From NCBI GenBank assembly GCA_047495785.1, contig JBLDXI010000011.1, positions 62,001-126,000 of the forward strand: a stretch of DNA of 64,000 nt. The letters are read 5' to 3'. Positions 22,401 to 34,440 of this stretch are shown one piece after another (position 1 is the stretch's first letter; every line of letters begins with the position of its first letter). Below the pieces are notes generated by a model. That model worked only from the letters and a program-made list of their open reading frames with translations, had not been told where the DNA came from and ran no database searches. This DNA is from Lepidodermella squamata. Lineage: Eukaryota > Animalia > Gastrotricha. The translations under genes and the position numbers were made by a program.

Positions 22401-25400
22401 ACCGATATTTCGCTGCCAGCCAAAACGGCTGAAATCGCAGTTTTGGACCCTTGTACGTAGCGCCACGATGCAGAATCGTGCGCCACCGCGGTAAATCAGC
22501 CATATTCTGGCATCATTCGATAGTGGCAGCATGCGCAAACACGTTTGCAGGCGATTGGCGCACATTTCGGATGACGGATATTTCGCTGCCAGCCAAAACG
22601 GCTGAAATCGCAGTTTTGGACCCTTGTACGTAGCGCCACGATGCAGAATCGTGCGCCACCGCGGTAAATCAGCCATATTCTGGCATCATTCGATAGTGGC
22701 AGCATGCGCAAACACGTTTGCAGGCGATTGGCGCACATTTCGGATGACCGATATTTCGCTGCCAGCCAAAACGGCTGAAATCGCAGTTTTGGACCCTTGT
22801 ACGTAGCGCCACGATGCAGAATCGTGCGCCACCGCGGTAAATCAGCCATATTCTGGCATCATTCGATAGTGGCAGCATGCGCAAACACGTTTGCAGGCGA
22901 TTGGCGCACATTTCGGATGACCGATATTTCGCTGCCAGCCAAAACGGCTGAAATCGCAGTTTTGGACCCTTGTACGTAGCGCCACGATGCAGAATCGTGC
23001 GCCACCGCGATAAATCAGCCATATTCTGGCATCATTCGATAGTGGCAGCATGCGCAAACACGTTTGCAGGCGATTGGCGCACATTTCGGATGACCGATAT
23101 TTCGCTGCCAGCCAAAACGGCTGAAATCGCAGTTTTGGACCCTTGTACGTAGCGCCACGATGCAGAATCGTGCGCCACCGCGATAAATCAGCCATATTCT
23201 GGCATCATTCGATAGTGGCAGCATGCGCAAACACGTTTGCAGGCGATTGGCGCACATTTCGGATGACGGATATTTCGCTGCCAGCCAAAACGGCTGAAAT
23301 CGCAGTTTTGGACCCTTGTACGTAGCGCCACGATGCAGAATCGTGCGCCACCGCGGTAAATCAGCCATATTCTGGCATCATTCGATAGTGGCAGCATGCG
23401 CAAACACGTTTGCAGGCGATTGGCGCACATTTCGGATGACCGATATTTCGCTGCCAGCCAAAACGGCTGAAATCGCAGTTTTGGACCCTTGTACGTAGCG
23501 CCACGATGCAGAATCGTGCGCCACCGCGGTAAATCAGCCATATTCTGGCATCATTCGATAGTGGCAGCATGCGCAAACACGTTTGCAGGCGATTGGCGCA
23601 CATTTCGGATGACCGATATTTCGCTGCCAGCCAAAACGGCTGAAATCGCAGTTTTGGACCCTTGTACGTAGCGCCACGATGCAGAATCGTGCGCCACCGC
23701 GATAAATCAGCCATATTCTGGCATCATTCGATAGTGGCAGCATGCGCAAACACGTTTGCAGGCGATTGGCGCACATTTCGGATGACCGATATTTCGCTGC
23801 CAGCCAAAACGGCTGAAATCGCAGTTTTGGACCCTTGTACGTAGCGCCACGATGCAGAATCGTGCGCCACCGCGATAAATCAGCCATATTCTGGCATCAT
23901 TCGATAGTGGCAGCATGCGCAAACACGTTTGCAGGCGATTGGCGCACATTTCGGATGACCGATATTTCGCTGCCAGCCAAAACGGCTGAAATCGCAGTTT
24001 TGGACCCTTGTACGTAGCGCCACGATGCAGAATCGTGCGCCACCGCGATAAATCAGCCATATTCTGGCATCATTCGATAGTGGCAGCATGCGCAAACACG
24101 TTTGCAGGCGATTGGCGCACATTTCGGATGACCGATATTTCGCTGCCAGCCAAAACGGCTGAAATCGCAGTTTTGGACCCTTGTACGTAGCGCCACGATG
24201 CAGAATCGTGCGCCACCGCGGTAAATCAGCCATATTCTGGCATCATTCGATAGTGGCAGCATGCGCAAACACGTTTGCAGGCGATTGGCGCACATTTCGG
24301 ATGACCGATATTTCGCTGCCAGCCAAAACGGCTGAAATCGCAGTTTTGGACCCTTGTACGTAGCGCCACGATGCAGAATCGTGCGCCACCGCGGTAAATC
24401 AGCCATATTCTGGCATCATTCGATAGTGGCAGCATGCGCAAACACGTTTGCAGGCGATTGGCGCACATTTCGGATGACCGATATTTCGCTGCCAGCCAAA
24501 ACGGCTGAAATCGCAGTTTTGGACCCTTGTACGTAGCGCCACGATGCAGAATCGTGCGCCACCGCGGTAAATCAGCCATATTCTGGCATCATTCGATAGT
24601 GGCAGCATGCGCAAACACGTTTGCAGGCGATTGGCGCACATTTCGGATGACCGATATTTCGCTGCCAGCCAAAACGGCTGAAATCGCAGTTTTGGACCCT
24701 TGTACGTAGCGCCACGATGCAGAATCGTGCGCCACCGCGATAAATCAGCCATATTCTGGCATCATTCGATAGTGGCAGCATGCGCAAACACGTTTGCAGG
24801 CGATTGGCGCACATTTCGGATGACCGATATTTCGCTGCCAGCCAAAACGGCTGAAATCGCAGTTTTGGACCCTTGTACGTAGCGCCACGATGCAGAATCG
24901 TGCGCCACCGCGATAAATCAGCCATATTCTGGCATCATTCGATAGTGGCAGCATGCGCAAACACGTTTGCAGGCGATTGGCGCACATTTCGGATGACCGA
25001 TATTTCGCTGCCAGCCAAAACGGCTGAAATCGCAGTTTTGGACCCTTGTACGTAGCGCCACGATGCAGAATCGTGCGCCACCGCGATAAATCAGCCATAT
25101 TCTGGCATCATTCGATAGTGGCAGCATGCGCAAACACGTTTGCAGGCGATTGGCGCACATTTCGGATGACCGATATTTCGCTGCCAGCCAAAACGGCTGA
25201 AATCGCAGTTTTGGACCCTTGTACGTAGCGCCACGATGCAGAATCGTGCGCCACCGCGGTAAATCAGCCATATTCTGGCATCATTCGATAGTGGCAGCAT
25301 GCGCAAACACGTTTGCAGGCGATTGGCGCACATTTCGGATGACCGATATTTCGCTGCCAGCCAAAACGGCTGAAATCGCAGTTTTGGACCCTTGTACGTA

Positions 25401-28400
25401 GCGCCACGATGCAGAATCGTGCGCCACCGCGGTAAATCAGCCATATTCTGGCATCATTCGATAGTGGCAGCATGCGCAAACACGTTTGCAGGCGATTGGC
25501 GCACATTTCGGATGACCGATATTTCGCTGCCAGCCAAAACGGCTGAAATCGCAGTTTTGGACCCTTGTACGTAGCGCCACGATGCAGAATCGTGCGCCAC
25601 CGCGGTAAATCAGCCATATTCTGGCATCATTCGATAGTGGCAGCATGCGCAAACACGTTTGCAGGCGATTGGCGCACATTTCGGATGACCGATATTTCGC
25701 TGCCAGCCAAAACGGCTGAAATCGCAGTTTTGGACCCTTGTACGTAGCGCCACGATGCAGAATCGTGCGCCACCGCGGTAAATCAGCCATATTCTGGCAT
25801 CATTCGATAGTGGCAGCATGCGCAAACACGTTTGCAGGCGATTGGCGCACATTTCGGATGACCGATATTTCGCTGCCAGCCAAAACGGCTGAAATCGCAG
25901 TTTTGGACCCTTGTACGTAGCGCCACGATGCAGAATCGTGCGCCACCGCGGTAAATCAGCCATATTCTGGCATCATTCGATAGTGGCAGCATGCGCAAAC
26001 ACGTTTGCAGGCGATTGGCGCACATTTCGGATGACCGATATTTCGCTGCCAGCCAAAACGGCTGAAATCGCAGTTTTGGACCCTTGTACGTAGCGCCACG
26101 ATGCAGAATCGTGCGCCACCGCGGTAAATCAGCCATATTCTGGCATCATTCGATAGTGGCAGCATGCGCAAACACGTTTGCAGGCGATTGGCGCACATTT
26201 CGGATGACCGATATTTCGCTGCCAGCCAACACGGCTGAAATCGCAGTTTTGGACCCTTGTACGTAGCGCCACGATGCAGAATCGTGCGCCACCGCGGTAA
26301 ATCAGCCATATTCTGGCATCATTCGATAGTGGCAGCATGCGCAAACACGTTTGCAGGCGATTGGCGCACATTTCGGATGACCGATATTTCGCTGCCAGCC
26401 AACACGGCTGAAATCGCAGTTTTGGACCCTTGTACGTAGCGCCACGATGCAGAATCGTGCGCCACCGCGGTAAATCAGCCATATTCTGGCATCATTCGAT
26501 AGTGGCAGCATGCGCAAACACGTTTGCAGGCGATTGGCGCACATTTCGGATGACCGATATTTCGCTGCCAGCCAAAACGGCTGAAATCGCAGTTTTGGAC
26601 CCTTGTACGTAGCGCCACGATGCAGAATCGTGCGCCACCGCGGTAAATCAGCCATATTCTGGCATCATTCGATAGTGGCAGCATGCGCAAACACGTTTGC
26701 AGGCGATTGGCGCACATTTCGGATGACCGATATTTCGCTGCCAGCCAACACGGCTGAAATCGCAGTTTTGGACCCTTGTACGTAGCGCCACGATGCAGAA
26801 TCGTGCGCCACCGCGGTAAATCAGCCATATTCTGGCATCATTCGATAGTGGCAGCATGCGCAAACACGTTTGCAGGCGATTGGCGCACATTTCGGATGAC
26901 CGATATTTCGCTGCCAGCCAACACGGCTGAAATCGCAGTTTTGGACCCTTGTACGTAGCGCCACGATGCAGAATCGTGCGCCACCGCGGTAAATCAGCCA
27001 TATTCTGGCATCATTCGATAGTGGCAGCATGCGCAAACACGTTTGCAGGCAATTGGCGCACATTTCGGATGACCGATATTTCGCTGCCAGCCAAAACGGC
27101 TGAAATCGCAGTTTTGGACCCTTGTACGTAGCGCCACGATGCAGAATCGTGCGCCACCGCGATAAATCAGCCATATTCTGGCATCATTCGATAGTGGCAG
27201 CATGCGCAAACACGTTTGCAGGCGATTGGCGCACATTTCGGATGACCGATATTTCGCTGCCAGCCAAAACGGCTGAAATCGCAGTTTTGGACCCTTGTAC
27301 GTAGCGCCACGATGCAGAATCGTGCGCCACCGCGGTAAATCAGCCATATTCTGGCATCATTCGATAGTGGCAGCATGCGCAAACACGTTTGCAGGCGATT
27401 GGCGCACATTTCGGATGACCGATATTTCGCTGCCAGCCAAAACGGCTGAAATCGCAGTTTTGGACCCTTGTACGTAGCGCCACGATGCAGAATCGTGCGC
27501 CACCGCGGTAAATCAGCCATATTCTGGCATCATTCGATAGTGGCAGCATGCGCAAACACGTTTGCAGGCGATTGGCGCACATTTCGGATGACCGATATTT
27601 CGCTGCCAGCCAAAACGGCTGAAATCGCAGTTTTGGACCCTTGTACGTAGCGCCACGATGCAGAATCGTGCGCCACCGCGGTAAATCAGCCATATTCTGG
27701 CATCATTCGATAGTGGCAGCATGCGCAAACACGTTTGCAGGCGATTGGCGCACATTTCGGATGACCGATATTTCGCTGCCAGCCAAAACGGCTGAAATCG
27801 CAGTTTTGGACCCTTGTACGTAGCGCCACGATGCAGAATCGTGCGCCACCGCGGTAAATCAGCCATATTCTGGCATCATTCGATAGTGGCAGCATGCGCA
27901 AACACATTTGCAGGCGATTGGCGCACATTTCGGATGACCGATATTTCGCTGCCAGCCAAAACGGCTGAAATCGCAGTTTTGGACCCTTGTACGTAGCGCC
28001 ACGATGCAGAATCGTGCGCCACCGCGGTAAATCAGCCATATTCTGGCATCATTCGATAGTGGCAGCATGCGCAAACACGTTTGCAGGCGATTGGCGCACA
28101 TTTCGGATGACCGATATTTCGCTGCCAGCCAAAACGGCTGAAATCGCAGTTTTGGACCCTTGTACGTAGCGCCACGATGCAGAATCGTGCGCCACCGCGG
28201 TAAATCAGCCATATTCTGGCATCATTCGATAGTGGCAGCATGCGCAAACACGTTTGCAGGCGATTGACGCACATTTCGGATGACCGATATTTCGCTGCCA
28301 GCCAAAACGGCTGAAATCGCAGTTTTGGACCCTTGTACGTAGCGCCACGATGCAGAATCGTGCGCCACCGCGGTAAATCAGCCATATTCTGGCATCATTC

Positions 28401-29267
28401 GATAGTGGCAGCATGCGCAAACACGTTTGCAGGCGATTGGCGCACATTTCGGATGACCGATATTTCGCTGCCAGCCAAAACGGCTGAAATCGCAGTTTTG
28501 GACCCTTGTACGTAGCGCCACGATGCAGAATCGTGCGCCACCGCGGTAAATCAGCCATATTCTGGCATCATTCGATAGTGGCAGCATGCGCAAACACGTT
28601 TGCAGGCGATTGGCGCACATTTCGGATGACCGATATTTCGCTGCCAGCCAAAACGGCTGAAATCGCAGTTTTGGACCCTTGTACGTAGCGCCACGCTGCA
28701 GAATCGTGCGCCACCGCGGTAAATCAGCCATATTCTGGCATCATTCGATAGTGGCAGCATGCGCAAACACGTTTGCAGGCGATTGGCGCACATTTCGGAT
28801 GACCGATATTTCGCTGCCAGCCAAAACGGCTGAAATCGCAGTTTTGGACCCTTGTACGTAGCGCCACGATGCAGAATCGTGCGCCACCGCGGTAAATCAG
28901 CCATATTCTGGCATCATTCGATAGTGGCAGCATGCGCAAACACGTTTGCAGGCGATTGGCGCACATTTCGGATGACCGATATTTCGCTGCCAGCCAACAC
29001 GGCTGAAATCGCAGTTTTGGACCCTTGTACGTAGCGCCACGATGCAGAATCGTGCGCCACCGCGGTAAATCAGCCATATTCTGGCATCATTCGATAGTGG
29101 CAGCATGCGCAAACACGTTTGCAGGCAATTGGCGCACATTTCGGATGACCGATATTTCGCTGCCAGCCAAAACGGCTGAAATCGCAGTTTTGGACCCTTG
29201 TACGTAGCGCCACGATGCAGAATCGTGCGCCACCGCGGTAAATCAGCCATATTCTGGCATCATTCGA
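13421..29267. repeat. 173-bp tandem satellite array, right block (about 91.6 monomers)
   Basis: Exact 173-bp period with no indels and only a handful of recurring SNPs. Ends mid-monomer at ...GGCATCATTCGA (29267). Confidence 0.99.
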
Positions 29268-29867
29268 AGCTTTATTTTTCTGATGACGCTGGCAAATGGA
29301 AAAGCAAAACCACCCAGGGAAAGACACGCACTACTTTGATCGTATCGAGCGCCGCGTCGTATGAGCATCGCGCAGTTGCCAATCTCTTTATCAATTTTTT
29401 CGTCTCTACCCCGAGTTGGCAATAATTAAACATGTGTGGCTGTGATAACAAACTTTACAGCAGGCAGATTTTTTGGCTTCTTCAACTGTCAATCAGTCAA
29501 GACTCGAGTCTTTCTCTTCAAGTCAACTGATACAAACAAGCAAAAGTAGTTCATATATAAAGTCACAGTCTGAGGTTTGATAAAACAACATGTCCACCAT
29601 GCACTCCAGGAATGCTGATCGCCCAAGCCCATGGGCGATCGATTTTCGCAAAACACATCCATTAATGCGTACTTAACTCGACTTCCAATTGGATGCATGA
29701 ATCTCGCCCACTTAGCTTGATTGAGAGCATCGTTGCAATTGTGTTTCTGTGCGCTGCTTTTCTTCACTCAAAACATCGCGTGGTTTGTTTTGCGCTCCGT
29801 TGCGCAAATACTCGTAGCGCAATTGCTCTGCTCATGTATTCTCCCAATCCAATCTTGAACTGAAACC

Positions 29868-32486
29868 ATGATGACAAAGCTTGCCGTCATCATCCTGTTG
29901 CAGCTGATACGGTGCGCCTTAAGCGCATTAGAGCCTGATGTTTCGGCTGCCATTTTGCCTCTGCCTGCAGCGTACAATTCAACAACCTACGTCAGCGCCA
30001 TGTCGTTTGATAAGCTCAACTCAAGCGTGACTGGCAGCACTTTTACGCTGTTCTACGCAGCAGTTTCGCAGACTAACGGGTATCAGTTAGCGAACATGAA
30101 CACTGTTGACAGCTCGATAGGCGCCATAAGGCCGAATTACGTGAGGATATCTGAATTATATCCTGTACTGAATTTTACACCCAATTTCACCGCCTATGCT
30201 TAGAACTGTTCGGCTAGCTTTGTGAACTGGCGAGTTGAAGCGCGGGTTGCTTCTCGCTACAAGACAGACGGCACTTCGGGCTGGTTCGGCCTTGTACTCT
30301 CGTCGACAGCAATCAATGTTAATGCGGGTGAGTTCAAACGCATGCTCTAAACTAACAGTGGGTAAAAGTAGGTCGGGTCGGCCAGGTGGGCCAGTTATTC
30401 TACACAAAAATGTTAGAGGCTGCTGTTTATGACTCTCCACCTCTGCTTGCTCCTCGATTTCATGGCAGGCGTAGTCAACCACTTCAGCCGACTTTTCATA
30501 ATATTTTCCGATGTCACAGTGCTCTGATTTTTCTGTTAATAGCCGTTCAAGTCTAATTATTAATTAAATTGTCTTGAAAACTCCTTCAAATTTCACGTTA
30601 CCTTATCCGCAGTGACAACAAGCGCACCGACTTACAACAACGTCAACGGCATCGCAATCTGGCAAAAAATCATGCCGAGCGGACCGCTTTACGTCGCGTT
30701 CACCCCGTCTTGGCCAGGGCCTTACACCCGCCCGCCTAGTTCGTACTACCAGCGCAACTCATCGGCTTGCACGGCCATGTTCACCGGAAATTCGCTCGCC
30801 TTCACTTTCATCGCCCAGCTGATAAACGACGAACTGACAGTGGCGATGAATGCGCCGACTTCAGGCTCACCGCTGACGTGTCTATCGAGCGTCAACGTCA
30901 CCGGGCTGACGGCGCTGGTCACTTCCGGCTCGACTATGATGAGGCTGTACGCGTTCAACACGTGGGATGCGGCACTCAACGTCAGCTCGGTGTACACGTT
31001 CCAGGTTTCGCCAACTCCGACCACTACTTCTACATCTTCGACCCCAACGCCAACCTCGACATCGACCTCAGCGTCAACTTCAACTTCCACAGCGACATCA
31101 ACATCCACATCCACATCCACAACGACTACTACTACTAACCCAACAACCGCCCCTGCATCCTCGACCTCGACTTCGACTTCGATCTCCACCACTTCGGCTT
31201 CAACTTCAACCTCGGCATTCACTCCATCTACGACATCGTCATCGACAGTGACCAGCTCTCCAACAACAACAAGTACCTCTAGCACGATTGCTAGCTCCTC
31301 GTCTACGGCAACATCGTCGACTGGCTGCTACTTGGATCCTTCCTCATGTCAGTCAACTTCAACTACGACAACAATAGCACCTGCTGCTACAATTACTACA
31401 AAGAAGACCAGTCCATTCATCATGGTTTTTTCTATTCCGGTTGGTCTCTAGATAGCGTTCAGCTTATTTAGACCTATTTAAATTATTTTTGTAGCACTGT
31501 GGCAATGGGATGTATGAGCCAGCGAAAGGCGAAGAATGCGACGACGCCAACACGCAGGATGGCGACGGGTGCTCGAGCTCTTGTCTTTTAGAAAGTAAGT
31601 TCACAAATCTGAAACCCTCGCGTCACCACATCGTTTTTGTTCAAGTCATTGCTCCAAAGTCGGACGTTTTATTCGTTACTGACTCATCATTCGGCGTCCC
31701 TATTCTTCAATTCGGCAAAATAAAACGCGCTGTCACTATGCTCGCTCGTCATTTATCACTTGCGAATCCAACAAGAGTAAGCGTTTCTTCCTAGCCTAGA
31801 ATAGTATCAATATACTCTCATTTTTCAACGCGACAGATGGGCGTACACGACTACGGCGGTCGGAAGGCTTTCTACGAACTCATGGGTCCGAGTGAAACAT
31901 CTCAGGCGCTGACAGACGTAGCAGCAGCTGTCGAGCCTTTGATGTATTTCGGCAATGCTGCTCTTGTGTCTTCTGGATTTGAAGGCTTTGTCACAAGAAT
32001 AATGTCAGGTATGTTGTCCTTGAATCAGGTTTTACCAGCCCGTTTTAGTTGCCAAGAGTGAACACTTCCGACATATCATTGTTCCTGGACGTGCTAGGTT
32101 GAATCCACTACAGAAGTGGAATAGCTCTCTCAGCCGAGCTACTTAGATGAATGTTTAATGCTTCCATTTGTTGATAGCTGATTTCATATTCTGCATTTTT
32201 AACAGCTCTTGGCAACGCAACGCAAGTTTCGAAACCTGTCGTAGTCGCTTTCATGTCGGCGTCTCCTCGTAACGCGCAGCAGACTGAAAACTGGCTTCGA
32301 GTGCTGAAAAGCTCGAAAAGCGACATATTGATCGTTGCTGCAACTAAGGAGAAGCCGCGAAATCAAAAACGCAGTTTGTTATCCAGAATTGCAGCTTATG
32401 GATTGACTTATATCGAAATCAAACACTGGGATAGTCTCAACAGTAGGCTGTCATCAATCCTTGGTTATCTTGCGAATTTCGTATGA
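29868..32486 (+). CDS. Secreted multidomain protein: signal peptide, N-terminal globular region, Ser/Thr mucin-like stalk, Cys-rich (DUF4215/myxococcal-type) repeat, vWA-like domain
   Basis: Predicted exons 29868-30140, 30204-30327, 30613-31439, 31495-31776, 31837-~32008, ~32205-32486 with phase-compatible GT-AG introns. Motifs: [20 protein letters not shown], a T/S-rich tract, [33 protein letters not shown] and RMGVHDY. Confidence 0.75.
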
Positions 32487-34440
32487 TCCCATTCGTCTGA
32501 AGTTTTTTCGCAAGACGATGGATGAGCTTCCTTGTCACGATTTGTATGTTAACAATTTTAATAAAACGAGCAAGATTCGGACATTTTTGGGCTTTCGGCT
32601 TTTAGCTTTTATCGCCTAATTATTCGTCGATCAATCAAAAGTTTTACATCGGAGCATAGGGATAAAAAAGTTAGTTTGTAGAGTGTAGAGAGTTATTTGC
32701 AGTGAATTGCTGTGAGCGGTGTTTCAATGAAAAATATTTCCGTTTGTGAAATTGCGGTTATTCAAGGTTATATCCACCCTAAAACTGCAGAATGAACGAA
32801 ATCATCATCAGGCGCAGTTTGAAGCCTTGTTCTTAGATTGCTGTTCACTATAGCGATCCTAGAAGCAAGACTCTTCACCAGGTCATCAGTGTCTAGACTC
32901 CCTTAACAAAAAACAAATGCCCCAAATGCACCGAATGTGTCCAGCGAGATGGATGTATTGCAACGTTCAGTGTGGCGTAACAAACCTTTGGCGTCCCTAT
33001 AGCGCTATAGACATACAAAAAATTGCAAATTGCTCCGTACTACCACGCCCCAACGACAAAAGAGTGCTTACGGTGCTCGTTTCGACGGCTTCTGGTAGGT
33101 GATCGGGATGGGTATAGCCTGGCACCGGTCCTCCTCCGACAATCGGTACTCGATAGGCTTGGCGTGAAATAAATTATCATCGCGAGGACAATGATTTTTG
33201 TAATTTTTCTCCTTCTCTATTTTTTCTTCACCTTCGTAAAAATGATCACCAATGTATCTAGCATATAAGCGCCATAACATGACATAATATTTTATTTTTC
33301 GTCAGCACCTAGTTTAGGTCTGCCTCTAGGCCGTTTCCAACCCTCCTGTACGTTCTAATACCGTACTCGGGGAGTTAGCCGATCGTGGTAACGTATAAAG
33401 AAAACTTGAAAAATGAAACCAATGGCGCGCTCTGTTGATTCCTCAACTTTCCAATCAAGGCAAATTACTCGGCTGTTTGATGCAGAACACACAACGCCAG
33501 AGAATTCAACCATTGCGAAAAGCCCCGATTTATAAGGAATGCATCTTCAACCATACACCATCGCGTTGATGGCAAAACAAGTGCTCAACAAAATGGTAAA
33601 TGTGCTGTGATTTATGATTTTTATGAGTGAAATTACGTAGAATCAATACACTGACGGAAACGTCACAGCGTAATTAGCCGGCTATTCACTGATTAGCCAC
33701 CTTGAAAGGCGCTTATCAGACTTCTTGCGTTAGCTTGACGCTCGCTGCGCTGCGTATAGTTTTGTAATGCTAGCGGCTGTGGCGTAGTTAAAACGCGCTG
33801 GCTCGCGCCTGCTGCCCTGCCTCTTGATTGAAATTCAACTAATCAGGAGCGGCGAGCTAAGAAATTCTCTGCGAACCGCATTCACACACACGCGCGCGCA
33901 TTTAGATTTTTTCGATCAACTTCGCATCCTGTTCGCGGTTATTAGTCGCCGGTGCATTTTCTTATACACAGCACAAAAATTCGATTAATAAAAAAGCTAC
34001 ACAGATTTTTTCATACTAAAAGACGTCAACAACAAAAAATCCACCGCAGAAATCGATGGCAATTTCTTTTTACGCATTTTGGTGCTTTATTAAAAAACAA
34101 CGCCACTTTGACAGCTCTCATCTCTGATGATGCCTAATATCCGATAATAAGTTGATTAACTCCCCACGCTCAATTTATATGATATTACTATCCGGATGAA
34201 AATGAGGAGCTGAATAAAATCGAACGACCCTAGCCCTATTTTCAGGCTTCATTTTATCCTCTAATTCGTAAATGGAATGATTCAATTACTATACGCATCC
34301 CTTGCATCCTTCATTTATTTATCGTTCTAGAATTTACAGGAAAATTTAAGAGGAAATCCTTTCGCTTTTAGCATTTTTGGGACAACACATCGCAGGTTGA
34401 AGGGACCGGTCTGACTGCACTCGGCCGGTGAGCCCTCGAA

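Noticed and set aside
1-29267. Hundreds of repeated 60-aa and 117-aa ORFs (MYVAPR..., MADLPR...)
   Set aside because: By-products of a 173-bp period that is not divisible by 3. They overlap each other on both strands and contain no recognisable domain.
1-29267. CRISPR array or tandem 5S/tRNA/SL RNA gene cluster
   Set aside because: No unique spacers and no cas genes, in a eukaryotic context. I see no tRNA cloverleaf, 5S sequence or SL/Sm motif, although an Rfam search was not run.
29267-29272. HindIII site AAGCTT exactly at the array boundary
   Set aside because: A 6-mer can occur by chance and there is no other sign of restriction-based joining.
30746-31285. Val/Glu/Asp-rich minus-strand ORF
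   Set aside because: Antisense shadow of the Ser/Thr mucin tract.
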